Positions 20,948 to 30,684 of a DNA stretch of 32,399 bases are shown here, piece by piece. A model generated the notes under the pieces. That model did not search any database. It saw only the letters and a program-made list of their open reading frames with translations, and was not told the origin of the DNA. A program made the translations under genes and the position numbers. The stretch is from an uncultured Propionivibrio sp. Lineage in GTDB: Bacteria; Pseudomonadota; Gammaproteobacteria; Burkholderiales; Rhodocyclaceae. Within the stretch, counting starts at the first letter, position 1, and every line of letters begins with the position of its first letter. Location: the NCBI GenBank assembly GCA_964448995.1, contig CAYUYI010000001.1, positions 1 through 32,399 on the forward strand, read 5' to 3'.

Positions 20948-21155
20948 ATATATATAAATCCTATAAAGATAAACTCGAAGACAAAGTTGTGGATATATAA
21001 ATATTATTTATTTAATTCAATTACTTAACGCAGTAAAACACGACTGTAAAAGCTCTGTATGACGCTGTGGAAAATATTGAACAAAAAATTTTTTTGCTGG
21101 AATCGCGGGATTACCAACATATCATCCACAATCAATCCAACAACTTATGCACACA
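20948..21155. other. Replication origin oriC (dnaA-dnaN spacer)
   Basis: AT-rich segment (20948-20987); DnaA boxes TGTGGATAT 20988-20996, TGTGGAAAA 21066-21074, TCATCCACA 21122-21130, TTATGCACA 21145-21153; IHF-like ATTCAATTACTTA 21015-21027. Confidence 0.85.
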
Positions 21156-22556
21156 TTATCCTTTGAGCACCTGAAGCAACACGTGAACATCGTGATTCAA
21201 CTCATTATCCTTCGAACGTAAGGATTCGATCGTCCTTACGGCATGTAGTACCGTGGTGTGGTCACGACCGCCAAATGACTCTCCGATCGACGGATAACTT
21301 TGTGAGGTCAGATTTTTAGCGAGCCACATGGCAACCTGTCGGGGGCGGACGATCTGTCGTGTGCGCTTGCTTGAAAACAAATCTGCAACCTTGATCTTGT
21401 AATAATCGGCGACAGTTTTCTGGATGTTCTCAACCGTTATCTGGCGGTTGACCGCACCAACAACATCCTTGAGCGACTCCTTGGCCAGATCAAGATCGAT
21501 TCGCCGCCCGTGAAATGCGGCATAAGCCAAAACCTTTTTCAGCGCGCCTTCAAGCTCGCGAACATTGGAACGCAAATGCTTGGCCACATAAAATGCCACT
21601 TCATCGTCGAGTTGAACACCCTCGATTTCACCCTTTTTCTTCAGAATAGCAACCCGCATCTCAATTTCTGGCGGTTCAATTTGTACCGTTAAACCCCAAT
21701 CGAAACGGGTAATCAGACGATCTTCCAGTCCGGAAATATCTTTTGGATACGTATCGCAGCTGATGACGATCTGCTTCTTTGCCTCAATCAACGCATTGAA
21801 AACAAAGAAGAATTCTTCTTGTGTTCGATTTTTCCCATTGAAAAATTGCACATCGTCCAGCAGAAGTACATCCAGGGAACGGTAATAACGTTTGAAAACA
21901 TCGAACGACTTTGTCTGGTAAGCGCGAACCACGTCGGAATAGTAGTCTTCGGCATGAACGTAACGAACGACCGTATCGGGGTTCTGCGCCAGAATATGAT
22001 TACCGATGGCATGGATCAAGTGCGTTTTGCCTAGCCCGGCACCGCCGTAGATGAACATTGGGTTGTATGCCAGACCACCTGGATTCAGGGCGACTTGCAT
22101 CGATGCAGCGCGCGCCAGATCATTGGCCTTTCCAACGATCAAGTTGTCGAAAGTGAAACCCGGAATGAGCCGAGTCTTTTCGTAAGGTGATCGTGTCTTG
22201 TCCAATGGACGTTCAACGGCTGGCGAAAAGGTGACCGCGGCGGCTGGTGCATTGACGGACGGGGTGGGTGGAGAGGGAGCCTTCTGGCTAACCGTTGGTG
22301 TCGCGGCACGTACGGCGAGCATTAACGAAATGGTGACCGGAACCGAGAAAAAAACACCGCCAAGTTCCTCGATCCTGGCAAGATAACGTTCCTTGACCCA
22401 CTTCAGGATGAATCCATTTGGTGCAAACAGCCGCAAGCCGTTAGCCGGATCATCCTCCCCTTCAAGCCGCAGGGGACGGATCCAAGTATTGAACTGTTGG
22501 GGAGGGAGTTCCTGTTCGAATTGGGTCAAACAGGATGTCCAAAAAGTACTGCTCAT
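21156..22556 (-). CDS. dnaA: Chromosomal replication initiator DnaA
   Basis: FNTWIRPL, Walker [40 protein letters not shown]. Confidence 0.99.
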   Translation of the reverse strand: MSSTFWTSCLTQFEQELPPQQFNTWIRPLRLEGEDDPANGLRLFAPNGFILKWVKERYLARIEELGGVFFSVPVTISLMLAVRAATPTVSQKAPSPPTPSVNAPAAAVTFSPAVERPLDKTRSPYEKTRLIPGFTFDNLIVGKANDLARAASMQVALNPGGLAYNPMFIYGGAGLGKTHLIHAIGNHILAQNPDTVVRYVHAEDYYSDVVRAYQTKSFDVFKRYYRSLDVLLLDDVQFFNGKNRTQEEFFFVFNALIEAKKQIVISCDTYPKDISGLEDRLITRFDWGLTVQIEPPEIEMRVAILKKKGEIEGVQLDDEVAFYVAKHLRSNVRELEGALKKVLAYAAFHGRRIDLDLAKESLKDVVGAVNRQITVENIQKTVADYYKIKVADLFSSKRTRQIVRPRQVAMWLAKNLTSQSYPSIGESFGGRDHTTVLHAVRTIESLRSKDNELNHDVHVLLQVLKG

Positions 22557-22694
22557 TACGTGCGTTCGGCGAAAAATCGAATCCTGATGTTACGGGGATC
22601 AAGGAGAAAAAGCGCTATGGCCACAAAAAACGGGACCGGATTCCGATTGAATCCTGTCTGAAACGACAACACCCGAAACTCTCATGGAGACAGG

Positions 22695-22725
22695 ATTGTA
22701 CCTTGTCGGGGAAAAGTTATCCACA
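22695..22725 (-). promoter_or_regulatory. Putative dnaA promoter with an overlapping perfect DnaA box (autoregulation)
   Basis: Minus strand TGGATA (22723-22718), N17, TACAAT (22700-22695); TTATCCACA at 22717-22725 covers the -35. Confidence 0.7.
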
Positions 22726-22745
22726 GCAGAAAACAAAATTAAGGC

Positions 22746-22775
22746 TTGACAAACAATAGGGTATCCATGTCTAAT
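22746..22775 (+). promoter_or_regulatory. Putative sigma70 promoter for the rpmH operon
   Basis: TTGACA-N18-TCTAAT, 37 nt upstream of the rpmH ATG. Confidence 0.6.
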
Positions 22776-22812
22776 TGCGCGTTTACCTGTAACGCTACCT
22801 TAGGGTTTGACC

Positions 22813-22947
22813 ATGAAACGCACCTATCAACCGTCCGTCGTTCGCCGTAAACGTACCCACGGCTTTCTCGTCCGCATGTCGACCCGTGGTGGTCGTGCCG
22901 TAATTCGTGCCCGCCGCGCTAAAGGTCGTCACCGTTTGGCTGTTTAA
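22813..22947 (+). CDS. rpmH: 50S ribosomal protein L34
   Basis: Manual translation: [44 protein letters not shown] (44 aa, not in the ORF track). Confidence 0.98.
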   Translation: MKRTYQPSVVRRKRTHGFLVRMSTRGGRAVIRARRAKGRHRLAV

Positions 22948-22980
22948 GCACGCCACCGAACGCTTTGGGGCGAATGCCCT

Positions 22981-23343
22981 GTGACACGCGCGAATTTTCC
23001 AAGGCAATATCGACTGACAAAAACGGATGAGTTCTCATCCGTTTTTGGTTTCAGGAAGGCAGTTAGAAGCACGCATTTCCTGTTACATTATCGCGTTCAA
23101 GTGGTTGCGGAAACCGACTCAGCGCGTCTAGGAGTCGTGGTTGCCAAGCGATTGTTGCGACGGTCGGTTGATCGTAACCTAGTCCGCCGCCTAGCTCGGG
23201 AAGGTTTCCGGCAAATGCGCGAAAAACTGTTGTCACGTGACTTGGTTCTCCGGCTTGCAACTCGCCCCGCGTCACTCGATCGAAAGATTCTGGCCGCAGA
23301 AATCCACGGCTTGCTGCAAAAAATGTCTGCAAATCGACGGTAA
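22981..23343 (+). CDS. rnpA: Ribonuclease P protein component
   Basis: [42 protein letters not shown] (RNR-motif variant); synteny. Confidence 0.95.
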   Translation: MTRANFPRQYRLTKTDEFSSVFGFRKAVRSTHFLLHYRVQVVAETDSARLGVVVAKRLLRRSVDRNLVRRLAREGFRQMREKLLSRDLVLRLATRPASLDRKILAAEIHGLLQKMSANRR

Positions 23344-23347
23344 CCCC

Positions 23348-23557
23348 ATGAAATCACTGCTGCTGGCGATGATCCGCTTCTATCAAATTGCCATCAGCCC
23401 AATGCTTGGGCAGCGTTGCCGTTTCTTTCCGAGCTGCTCGGAATACGCGGTTGAAGCTATTCGAAAATATGGCGCAGGTCGTGGCTTGCGTCTGACTCTT
23501 GCTCGTCTCTCTCGTTGCCACCCATGGAATCCGGGTGGTTTTGATCCAGTCCCCTGA
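23348..23557 (+). CDS. yidD: Membrane protein insertion efficiency factor YidD
   Basis: [32 protein letters not shown]. Start at ATG 23348. Confidence 0.95.
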   Translation: MKSLLLAMIRFYQIAISPMLGQRCRFFPSCSEYAVEAIRKYGAGRGLRLTLARLSRCHPWNPGGFDPVP

Positions 23558-23578
23558 TAATTGACGTAGGCCTTATTC

Positions 23579-25276
23579 ATGGACAACAAGCGCCTGATTC
23601 TCCTGTTGGTATTTTCACTCTCGCTGTTCATGCTGTGGGATGCCTGGCAGAAGTACACTCATCCCCCCGTTCCGGTTCCATCGCAGGCAGCGAATTCTGC
23701 GACTGCGACTTCGGTGCCGTCGCCTTCGACTTCCTCAACACCGATGCCGTCAACGGCGGCCAAACCGGTTGTTCCCGGTAGTCAACCGGCAACCGTCGCA
23801 GAGGTCAAGGCAGAGCTCGTAAGCATTAAAACCGATCTTTTCACGGCCACCGTTTCGACACTCGGCGGTGACATCGTCGGACTGGACCTCGCCAAATACA
23901 AAGCAGTCAGTGACAAGGAAAAATCCTTCTCGCTGTTCGAGTCGAAACACCAGTACATGGCGCAAAGCGGCCTGATCGGCGCCAATCTTCCAAATCACAA
24001 GACGCGCTTCGTCGCTGTCAAGGGGGCAAGAGAACTGGGGACCGACGGCAAGACTGTGCAACTGCGCCTCGAAGCCGTCAGTGGTGGCGTCAAGGTGGCG
24101 AAGATTTATACCTTTACTCGCGGCAGCTACCTGATCGGGGTAACGCATGAAATTGACAATGGTAGCGGTGCGGAAATTGCAGCACACGCCTACTACCAGT
24201 TGCAGCGCGACAACGCGACACCTGAAGGTGAGAGCAGTACGGTCAGTACATTCACCGGCCCGGCAATCTACACCGAGCAGGAAAAATTCCAGAAATTGGA
24301 CTTCAAAGACATTGAAAAAGGCAAGGCCAAATTTGTCGAGAAAGCCGATAACGGCTGGATTGCAATGGTGCAGCACTACTTCGTTTCAGCTTGGGTGCCG
24401 GAGGAGAAACTGCCCCGCGAGTTCTTTGTGCGGAAACTGGAGGGCTCTTCTGCCGTGGCCGCTGGCGTGATCGTACCGTTGCCGGCGGTAGCTGCCGGAG
24501 CCAAGGTTAGCCAAACGATTTCTCTGTTTGCCGGGCCGCAAATCCAGTCCACGCTCGACCAGTTGGCCAAGCCGGTGGCCGAGGGAGGCATCGGCGCCAA
24601 GGGGTTGCCGCTGGTCGTCGATTATGGATGGCTGACGATTGTGGCTGCGCCGATTTTCTGGTGTCTGGAAGTCATTCACAAGCTGATCGGTAACTGGGGT
24701 TGGGCGATCGTCGTTCTGACCATTCTCATCAAGCTGCTGTTCTTCCCGCTATCTGCGGCGAGCTACAAGTCGATGGCCAAGATGAAGGCCGTAACGCCGC
24801 GCTTGAATGCGCTCAAGGAGCGTTATGGCGACGACAAGCAAAAACTCAACATGGAGATGATGAATCTCTACAAGAGCGAAAAAATCAATCCGTTGGGCGG
24901 TTGCCTGCCCATCGTGATCCAGATCCCAGTGTTCATCGCGCTTTACTGGGCACTGCTTGGAGCGGTCGAAATGCGTGACGCGCCTTGGATCCTCTGGATT
25001 AAGGACTTGTCGTCGCAGGATCCGTACTATGTCCTGCCAGTCATCATGGTTGCGACGATGTTCATCCAGACCAAGCTCAACCCGACGCCACCGGATCCCA
25101 TCCAGGCCAAAGTTATGTTGATGATGCCGCTGATCTTCGGTGCGATGTTCCTCTTTTTCCCGGCGGGTCTCGTGCTCTACTGGGTTGTGAACAACATTCT
25201 CTCCATCGCCCAGCAGTGGCAGATCACACGGATGATTGAAAGTGGCGGGAAAGCGGCCAACGACGCCAAGGCCTGA
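23579..25276 (+). CDS. yidC: Membrane protein insertase YidC
   Basis: [35 protein letters not shown]. Confidence 0.98.
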   Translation: MDNKRLILLLVFSLSLFMLWDAWQKYTHPPVPVPSQAANSATATSVPSPSTSSTPMPSTAAKPVVPGSQPATVAEVKAELVSIKTDLFTATVSTLGGDIVGLDLAKYKAVSDKEKSFSLFESKHQYMAQSGLIGANLPNHKTRFVAVKGARELGTDGKTVQLRLEAVSGGVKVAKIYTFTRGSYLIGVTHEIDNGSGAEIAAHAYYQLQRDNATPEGESSTVSTFTGPAIYTEQEKFQKLDFKDIEKGKAKFVEKADNGWIAMVQHYFVSAWVPEEKLPREFFVRKLEGSSAVAAGVIVPLPAVAAGAKVSQTISLFAGPQIQSTLDQLAKPVAEGGIGAKGLPLVVDYGWLTIVAAPIFWCLEVIHKLIGNWGWAIVVLTILIKLLFFPLSAASYKSMAKMKAVTPRLNALKERYGDDKQKLNMEMMNLYKSEKINPLGGCLPIVIQIPVFIALYWALLGAVEMRDAPWILWIKDLSSQDPYYVLPVIMVATMFIQTKLNPTPPDPIQAKVMLMMPLIFGAMFLFFPAGLVLYWVVNNILSIAQQWQITRMIESGGKAANDAKA

Positions 25277-26630
25277 CCGGTCCGCATTCTCCCCAACGAT
25301 TGCCGCCATCGCCACCGCCCCCGGGCGGGGCGGGGTGGGCATCGTCAGAATATCCGGACGTAACCTCTCCGAGTTTGCCCGACAACTTTGTGGCAAACAG
25401 CCGGCACCCCGCGTTGCAACCCTTGTGGATTTTTGTGCAGCCGACGGTGGATTGCTCGACAGCGGCCTGATCCTTTTTTTCCCCGCGCCGCATTCGTTCA
25501 CCGGTGAAGATGTGATCGAACTGCACGGCCACGGTGGACCGGTTGTGTTGCAACTGTTGCTCGCTCGTTGCCTTGACCTCGACGCACGACTGGCCGAACC
25601 CGGCGAATTCACCCGCCGTGCCTTCCTCAACGGTAAGCTCGATCTGGCACAAGCGGAAGCGGTTGCCGATCTGATTGACGCTTCGACGGCTGCCGCCGCG
25701 CGCAGCGCGGTGCGCTCGTTGCACGGTGATTTTTCTCGCGAAATCCGCGCGCTGCTCGATCAACTGACTGAACTTCGGGCGTTGACCGAAGCAACTCTTG
25801 ATTTCCCCGATGAGGAAATCGATTTTCTCGAGGCCGCCGATGCTTTCGGTCGGCTCGACCGCCTACAGGTTCGCCTCGCCAACGTGCTCGACCGGGCGCA
25901 GCAGGGACGTTTGCTGCAAGGTGGTTTGCACGTGGTTATTGCCGGCCAGCCGAACGTTGGAAAATCTAGCCTGCTCAACCGACTTGCTGGAGACGAGCTC
26001 GCCATCGTTACGCCGATTGCGGGCACGACGCGTGACGTCGTGCGCGGCACGCTGCATATCGAAGGAATTCCCCTGCACGTGATCGATACCGCCGGTCTGC
26101 GCGAAACAGACGATGAGGTCGAGCGCCTCGGCATCGAACGCACGTGGCGAGAAATCGAACGTGCGGACGTAATCGTGCTTCTCGTCGATGCGCGCGTTGG
26201 CGTCAGTGACGCCGATCGCGACATCATCGCCCGTCTGCCTGCCCAGCCGGCACACCTCACGGTGTTCAACAAGGCAGATTTGGCCGGTTGCGCAGTCGAG
26301 CGGCGGGAAAATGATGGCACTCATGGCACGGGTGTAGTCATTACCTTGTCAGCAAAGCATGGCGATGGCGTTGATCTCCTGCGCCGGGAGTTGCTGCGTA
26401 TCGCCGGCTGGCACCCGGCCGAAGATGTGTTCATCGCCCGAGAACGTCACCTGCGGGCGCTTGCCGAGACAGATCGCCACATCGTTCTTGCACGACAACA
26501 GCTGCCACAGCTCGAACTCTTTGCCGAAGAGCTGCGATTAGCGCAGCGAGCGCTGTCGTCGATCACCGGCGAATTCACGGCCGACGATCTCCTGGGGGAG
26601 ATTTTTGGCCGGTTCTGCATTGGAAAATAA
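25242..26630 (+). CDS. mnmE: tRNA modification GTPase MnmE (TrmE); start uncertain (TTG 25236, GTG 25242 or ACG 25260)
   Basis: [42 protein letters not shown], terminal FCIGK. Confidence 0.95.
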   Translation: MAGKRPTTPRPDRSAFSPTIAAIATAPGRGGVGIVRISGRNLSEFARQLCGKQPAPRVATLVDFCAADGGLLDSGLILFFPAPHSFTGEDVIELHGHGGPVVLQLLLARCLDLDARLAEPGEFTRRAFLNGKLDLAQAEAVADLIDASTAAAARSAVRSLHGDFSREIRALLDQLTELRALTEATLDFPDEEIDFLEAADAFGRLDRLQVRLANVLDRAQQGRLLQGGLHVVIAGQPNVGKSSLLNRLAGDELAIVTPIAGTTRDVVRGTLHIEGIPLHVIDTAGLRETDDEVERLGIERTWREIERADVIVLLVDARVGVSDADRDIIARLPAQPAHLTVFNKADLAGCAVERRENDGTHGTGVVITLSAKHGDGVDLLRRELLRIAGWHPAEDVFIARERHLRALAETDRHIVLARQQLPQLELFAEELRLAQRALSSITGEFTADDLLGEIFGRFCIGK

Positions 26631-26633
26631 TCC

Positions 26634-27404
26634 GTGACACCTGAATTCCTCCCGCTGTTTACGCTTGCCGTGGCCGCGCTGTTTGCTGGATTCATCGATG
26701 CTGTCGTCGGGGGAGGGGGATTGATTCAGGTGCCGGTCATCTTCTCTGTGTTTCCGCGCGAGGTGCCGGCAACGTTGTTCGGGACCAACAAGATCGCCAG
26801 CGTTGTCGGCACGTCGAACGCGGCGTTCCGCTATATCCGCAGCGTGAAGATGCCGTGGGGGGCGACGCTGCCGGCGGCCGTGGCGGCGTTTGTCTTCGCT
26901 TATCTCGGTGCAATGTCGGTCGCGTGGCTTCCGCGCGATCTATTGCGCCCGATGATTCTGGTTCTGCTCGTGGCTTCGGCGATCTATACCTTCTGGCGCA
27001 AGGATTTCGGCACCATCCACGCGCCGCAACATGGCGGGCGGAAGGAATTTTTTTACGCCGTGCTGCTCGGCGCGGCGATCGGCTTCTACGACGGATTTTT
27101 CGGGCCGGGTGCCGGCAGTTTTTTGATTTTCCTGTTCATCCGTTTTTTCGGCTTCGATTTCCTGCATGCGTCTGCGGCCTCGAAGGTGGTCAATGTCGCG
27201 ACCAACTTGGCGGCCATTGGTTATTTCGTGCCCAACGGCTTCTATCTGCCTTTGGCAGCGGTGATCATGGCCGGAGCCAACGTCGCCGGTTCTTTCATTG
27301 GCACGCAGCTGGCGTTGCGTCACGGCAGTGGCTTTGTGCGTCGTTTGTTCCTGTGCGTGGTTTGCGCGCTGATCGTCAAGTTTGCCTGGGATACCTTCCG
27401 ATGA
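26634..27404 (+). CDS. TauE/SafE (TSUP) family membrane exporter, YfcA-like
   Basis: AGFIDAVVGGGGLI, GTNK, IGFYDGFFGPGAGSF; very hydrophobic. Confidence 0.9.
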   Translation: MTPEFLPLFTLAVAALFAGFIDAVVGGGGLIQVPVIFSVFPREVPATLFGTNKIASVVGTSNAAFRYIRSVKMPWGATLPAAVAAFVFAYLGAMSVAWLPRDLLRPMILVLLVASAIYTFWRKDFGTIHAPQHGGRKEFFYAVLLGAAIGFYDGFFGPGAGSFLIFLFIRFFGFDFLHASAASKVVNVATNLAAIGYFVPNGFYLPLAAVIMAGANVAGSFIGTQLALRHGSGFVRRLFLCVVCALIVKFAWDTFR

Positions 27405-27793
27405 AGATGGTCGAGTTCCGCACCGATAAGCGCTTCATCCGCCGGGCGCGGGAACTCAAGACGATTGCGGCGATGCTGCACATGTATTGTCAGGCGCAAC
27501 ATACGGCGGTTGAGCGCGGGAGCGCGGCGCTGTGCGCGGACTGCCATCAACTGCTGGCTTACGCGCAACGGCGCCTCGAACGCTGTCCCTTTGGCGATGC
27601 CAAGCCGACCTGCAATCGGTGCCTGGTGCATTGCTACAGCGCCGATCGGCGTGAACAGGTGCGGATCGTTATGCGGTGGGCCGGCCCGCGCATGTTACGT
27701 CACCACCCCATTCTGGGGATTCGCCATCTCCTTGATGGCCGTCGCCCGACACCCCGGTTGCCGCAGAATAAAAAAGCAATCGACCGACGCTGA
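27401..27793 (+). CDS. YgbA-like ('nitrous oxide-stimulated promoter' family) Cys-rich protein
   Basis: RE.KTI..M..MYC, LC.DC..LL.YA..RL.RCPFG..KPTC..C.VHCY, VMRWAGPRML..HP; ATGA overlap with the upstream gene. Confidence 0.85.
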   Translation: MKMVEFRTDKRFIRRARELKTIAAMLHMYCQAQHTAVERGSAALCADCHQLLAYAQRRLERCPFGDAKPTCNRCLVHCYSADRREQVRIVMRWAGPRMLRHHPILGIRHLLDGRRPTPRLPQNKKAIDRR

Positions 27794-27883
27794 TCGCTGC
27801 TGGCGCCTAAGGAATTCCGGGTCGCCGGTTTCGACGGGTTGCGCCGACATGGGTCAGATCAGCGGCCTCTCGCGGTGATCTAC

Positions 27884-28225
27884 TCAGTGCTTCGGATACT
27901 TTGCCCGAATTGACTCACCATTCAGCAGCAATGCGGCGACCAGGCTGGCAAGCGCTACCGTAACAAGGATGGCGGCGGCCGTTTTCCATGATTGTCCTTG
28001 TGCCATCCTGACCATGACGAGCCGGCCAGCCGTATACAACCAGATGACGACAGCCATGCCGGAAAACATCTGCAACGCGATCAGGCTGGCGCGACGGCGG
28101 TAAAGAAACAACAACGGGGCGAGCAGGCAGAACGTGGCCAGTACGATCTGGCCGGAACGCAGGAAATGCGCGGCAATCAGCAGCGCGGATAGACACTGCA
28201 AGCCAATACCGGCGGCAGCCATCAC
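27884..28225 (-). CDS. Hypothetical membrane protein (about 4 TM)
   Basis: 113 aa hydrophobic ORF (LLIAAHFLR...), GTGA overlap with the ubiX stop. Confidence 0.75.
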   Translation of the reverse strand: MMAAAGIGLQCLSALLIAAHFLRSGQIVLATFCLLAPLLFLYRRRASLIALQMFSGMAVVIWLYTAGRLVMVRMAQGQSWKTAAAILVTVALASLVAALLLNGESIRAKYPKH

Positions 28226-28851
28226 AGGTTTTCCGCAAATCCGGGCTGGGCATCACCCCAGCGTTGCATCAGCGCGTGCGCGATGCCGAGTTGGTCGAGA
28301 ATTCTGGCGACGACGAAGTCGACCAGTGCATCAACCGATTGCGGATGATGGTAGAAGCCAGGATTGGGTGGGAGGATGACTGCGCCAGCGCGTGCCAGGC
28401 GGAGCATGTTTTCGAGGTGGATAGCGGAAAACGGGGTTTCACGTGGCACCAGGACGAGCTTTCGGCCTTCCTTGAGGGCGACGTCGGCGGCGCGCTCAAT
28501 CAGGTTGTTCGCCAAACCTTGAGCGATCGCTGCCAGCGTTCCCATCGTGCAAGGACAAACAACCATGGCGTCGGGCGGATTGGAGCCACTGGCCACGGGA
28601 GCGAACCACTCCTCGCGACCGAAAACGTCAAGGGCCCCGGGGAGTGCGGCGAAACGCGCGCGCAGAGCGGCTTGGGTTTCTGCCGGGCGTGACGGCAGAT
28701 CGAGCATCATTTCTTGCCGGGCGACGATTTGTGCGGCTTGTGAATAGATGAGCTGCACCCGGCACCCGGCTTCCAGCAGGCATTCGAGCAAGCGCAGGCC
28801 GTAGGGCATGCCGGAGGCGCCGGTCAGTGCGAGGCAGATGGTCTTGGACAT
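28222..28851 (-). CDS. ubiX: Flavin prenyltransferase UbiX
   Basis: LALTGASG, ASGS, PCTMGTL, RAADVALKE, VPRETP, PGFYH. Start at ATG 28851 with GGAGG upstream. Confidence 0.95.
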   Translation of the reverse strand: MSKTICLALTGASGMPYGLRLLECLLEAGCRVQLIYSQAAQIVARQEMMLDLPSRPAETQAALRARFAALPGALDVFGREEWFAPVASGSNPPDAMVVCPCTMGTLAAIAQGLANNLIERAADVALKEGRKLVLVPRETPFSAIHLENMLRLARAGAVILPPNPGFYHHPQSVDALVDFVVARILDQLGIAHALMQRWGDAQPGFAENL

Positions 28852-29387
28852 GAGGAGCCTCCGTCGGGATGGTCGGGTGCTTCCGCCAGCAGGCGCGCGG
28901 CGATCAGCCCGTTGATGATACCGAAAACCAGTGCGGCCGCGGCAAACAGCGGCACCAGATAGAACAACCCGTTGTGCGGGATCAGCCAAATTCGGGCAAG
29001 CACCAGTTGACCGCCAATATGAGCAAACGAGGCCAGCAGACTCCAGCTGACCGGCCCGAACCAGCGTTGCGGCAGACGCGCCGCCGGCGCCAGCACGATT
29101 AAGCTGAACGCGGCGCCAGTCAGACTCATGAAGAAACCCGGTGAGAGAAACTGTCCGAGTAACAAGCCGCCGGCGATAACCCGCAAGGCGCACACCCAGG
29201 CCGCTGTACCCCAGCCGTGGCGGGCGAGTACGATCAAGGTAATGATATTGGCCAACCCAGGCTTGATGCCGGGTAACGGCATCGGGATTGCCGCATCGAT
29301 CAGCGACAGCGCGACCGCCGCAGCCGCCAGACGGGCGACGCGGTGATCTTCGGGGGTGGTCGAAAGCCTAATAGTTGAGTGAGTCAT
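28824..29387 (-). CDS. Gx transporter family protein ('heptaprenyl diphosphate synthase component I', ECF S-component-like)
   Basis: IPMPLPGIKPGLANIITL, LRV..G, S..GA..S, S..AS..HIGGQL motifs. Start at ATG 29387. Confidence 0.85.
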   Translation of the reverse strand: MTHSTIRLSTTPEDHRVARLAAAAVALSLIDAAIPMPLPGIKPGLANIITLIVLARHGWGTAAWVCALRVIAGGLLLGQFLSPGFFMSLTGAAFSLIVLAPAARLPQRWFGPVSWSLLASFAHIGGQLVLARIWLIPHNGLFYLVPLFAAAALVFGIINGLIAARLLAEAPDHPDGGSSCPRPSASH

Positions 29388-29742
29388 AAATCTTGGTGCG
29401 GCCTTCAATTTGCAGGCTGACCTGATTGGGCGCGCAAATGGCAACTTCACCTGCGCGCTCGAGCCACCCCTGGCGGACGCAGTATTGATGTGGTCCTGGG
29501 TCGGAAACGACACGAACTCGCCGCCGCTCGACGGCAATAACGGTAGTGCCGAGCCGTCCCGGGACTTCGAGGCGCTGGTTACGACTCAAATCAAGTTCAG
29601 CAAAAATTGCGCCGCCCAGTCTGACGATCGCTTTGTCGCCGCTACCGCCGTGCCAGGCGAGTGGAAACGCGGTGACACAGCAGAACAGCGCCAGTAGGGA
29701 GAGCAGCCAGTCGCCGGGTCGCAGCAGCGACAACCAGTTCAT
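29368..29742 (-). CDS. NusG domain II-containing membrane-anchored protein
   Basis: LRPGDW plus TM anchor, VPGRLG, SDPGPHQYCVRQGW, AICAPNQVSL. Confidence 0.88.
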   Translation of the reverse strand: MNWLSLLRPGDWLLSLLALFCCVTAFPLAWHGGSGDKAIVRLGGAIFAELDLSRNQRLEVPGRLGTTVIAVERRRVRVVSDPGPHQYCVRQGWLERAGEVAICAPNQVSLQIEGRTKIYDSLNY

Positions 29743-29744
29743 CG

Positions 29745-30602
29745 CTACGTCGCCGCAGGTGAAGGCGGCAACTCGCGATGACGGACGAGCACGCGCGCCC
29801 GATCTTCAAAGTGGTGCGCCAGCCATTCGGCAAAATAGACCGAGCGATGCTGTCCGCCGGTGCAACCGATGCCGACTGTGAGGTAATTGCGGTTGTCACG
29901 GATGTAACAAGGGAGCCAGGTGCCAACAAAGCGTGCGATATCCTCACGCATGTGCCGCACCTCGGCTTCCGCTTCGAGAAAGGCGACTACCGGCGCATCT
30001 CGCCCGGTTAAAGGGCGCAGCGCAGCTTCGTAGTGGGGGTTGGGCAGACAACGCACGTCGAAAACCAGTTCGGCATCAAGTGGCACGCCGTGCTTGAAAC
30101 CGAAGGATTCGAACAGCAGCGTCAGCGTCGGGCGGGGGTCAAGCGCAATGAATTGGCGAATCCACTCACGCAACGCATTGGGTTTGAGCTCACTGGTATC
30201 GATGTGATGTCCCAACCCGCTCAGGCTGCTCAGCCGCCGACGTTCCTCGGCGATGGCCTCGGTCAGCGTACGCGAAGCGTCGGCCAGCGGATGACGACGG
30301 CGCGTTTCGGAATAGCGCTTGAGCAGCGTCTCGCTTTTGGCGTCAAGGAAAAGAAAGTGCAGTTCGAGTCCGGAGGCGCGAAGTTTTTCCAGCTGTTGCG
30401 GCAACGTGGCGATGCTCTCACCACCGCGGCTGTCAATCGCCACCGCGATGCGTTCGATACCCTCTTGCGCCAGTTGGTCGACGAGTGCTTGCAACAAAGG
30501 CGAGGGCAGGTTGTCCACGCAAAAGTAAGAGGCATCCTCAAGCATGTTGAGGGCAATCGATTTGCCGGAACCTGACAATCCGCTGATGATCACGATCTGC
30601 AT
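29745..30602 (-). CDS. rapZ: RNase adapter RapZ (YhbJ)
   Basis: [49 protein letters not shown]. Start 30602 or 30614. Confidence 0.95.
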   Translation of the reverse strand: MQIVIISGLSGSGKSIALNMLEDASYFCVDNLPSPLLQALVDQLAQEGIERIAVAIDSRGGESIATLPQQLEKLRASGLELHFLFLDAKSETLLKRYSETRRRHPLADASRTLTEAIAEERRRLSSLSGLGHHIDTSELKPNALREWIRQFIALDPRPTLTLLFESFGFKHGVPLDAELVFDVRCLPNPHYEAALRPLTGRDAPVVAFLEAEAEVRHMREDIARFVGTWLPCYIRDNRNYLTVGIGCTGGQHRSVYFAEWLAHHFEDRARVLVRHRELPPSPAAT

Positions 30603-30684
30603 GAGCGTCAGCATAGCGGAAGCGTGCGTATACGGGCAAGCCGGGCTGGACTACACTATCAATTCTGCATTTTAGGGCGCCTTC

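Noticed and set aside
22579-22653. Three GANTC sites upstream of dnaA (CcrM-like control)
   Set aside because: CcrM is alphaproteobacterial, no methyltransferase is present in the window, and such short sites are frequent by chance.
23229-23244. GTTGTCACGTGACTTG in rnpA, resembling a secondary-replicon parS variant
   Set aside because: Only the 10-bp core is palindromic, it is a single copy in coding sequence, and it differs from the two perfect sites.
26855-27400. N-terminal extension of the 312-aa ORF (apparent fusion)
   Set aside because: It overlaps the TSUP gene in another frame; the YgbA-like protein starts at the ATGA at 27401.
27794-27883. Hairpin AGATCA..TGATCT between convergent genes as a terminator or REP
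   Set aside because: The stem is imperfect, there is no U-tract, and no second copy was seen.
28852-29193. N-terminal extension of ubiX
   Set aside because: It overlaps the Gx gene; ATG 28851 has a GGAGG RBS and matches the UbiX N-terminus.
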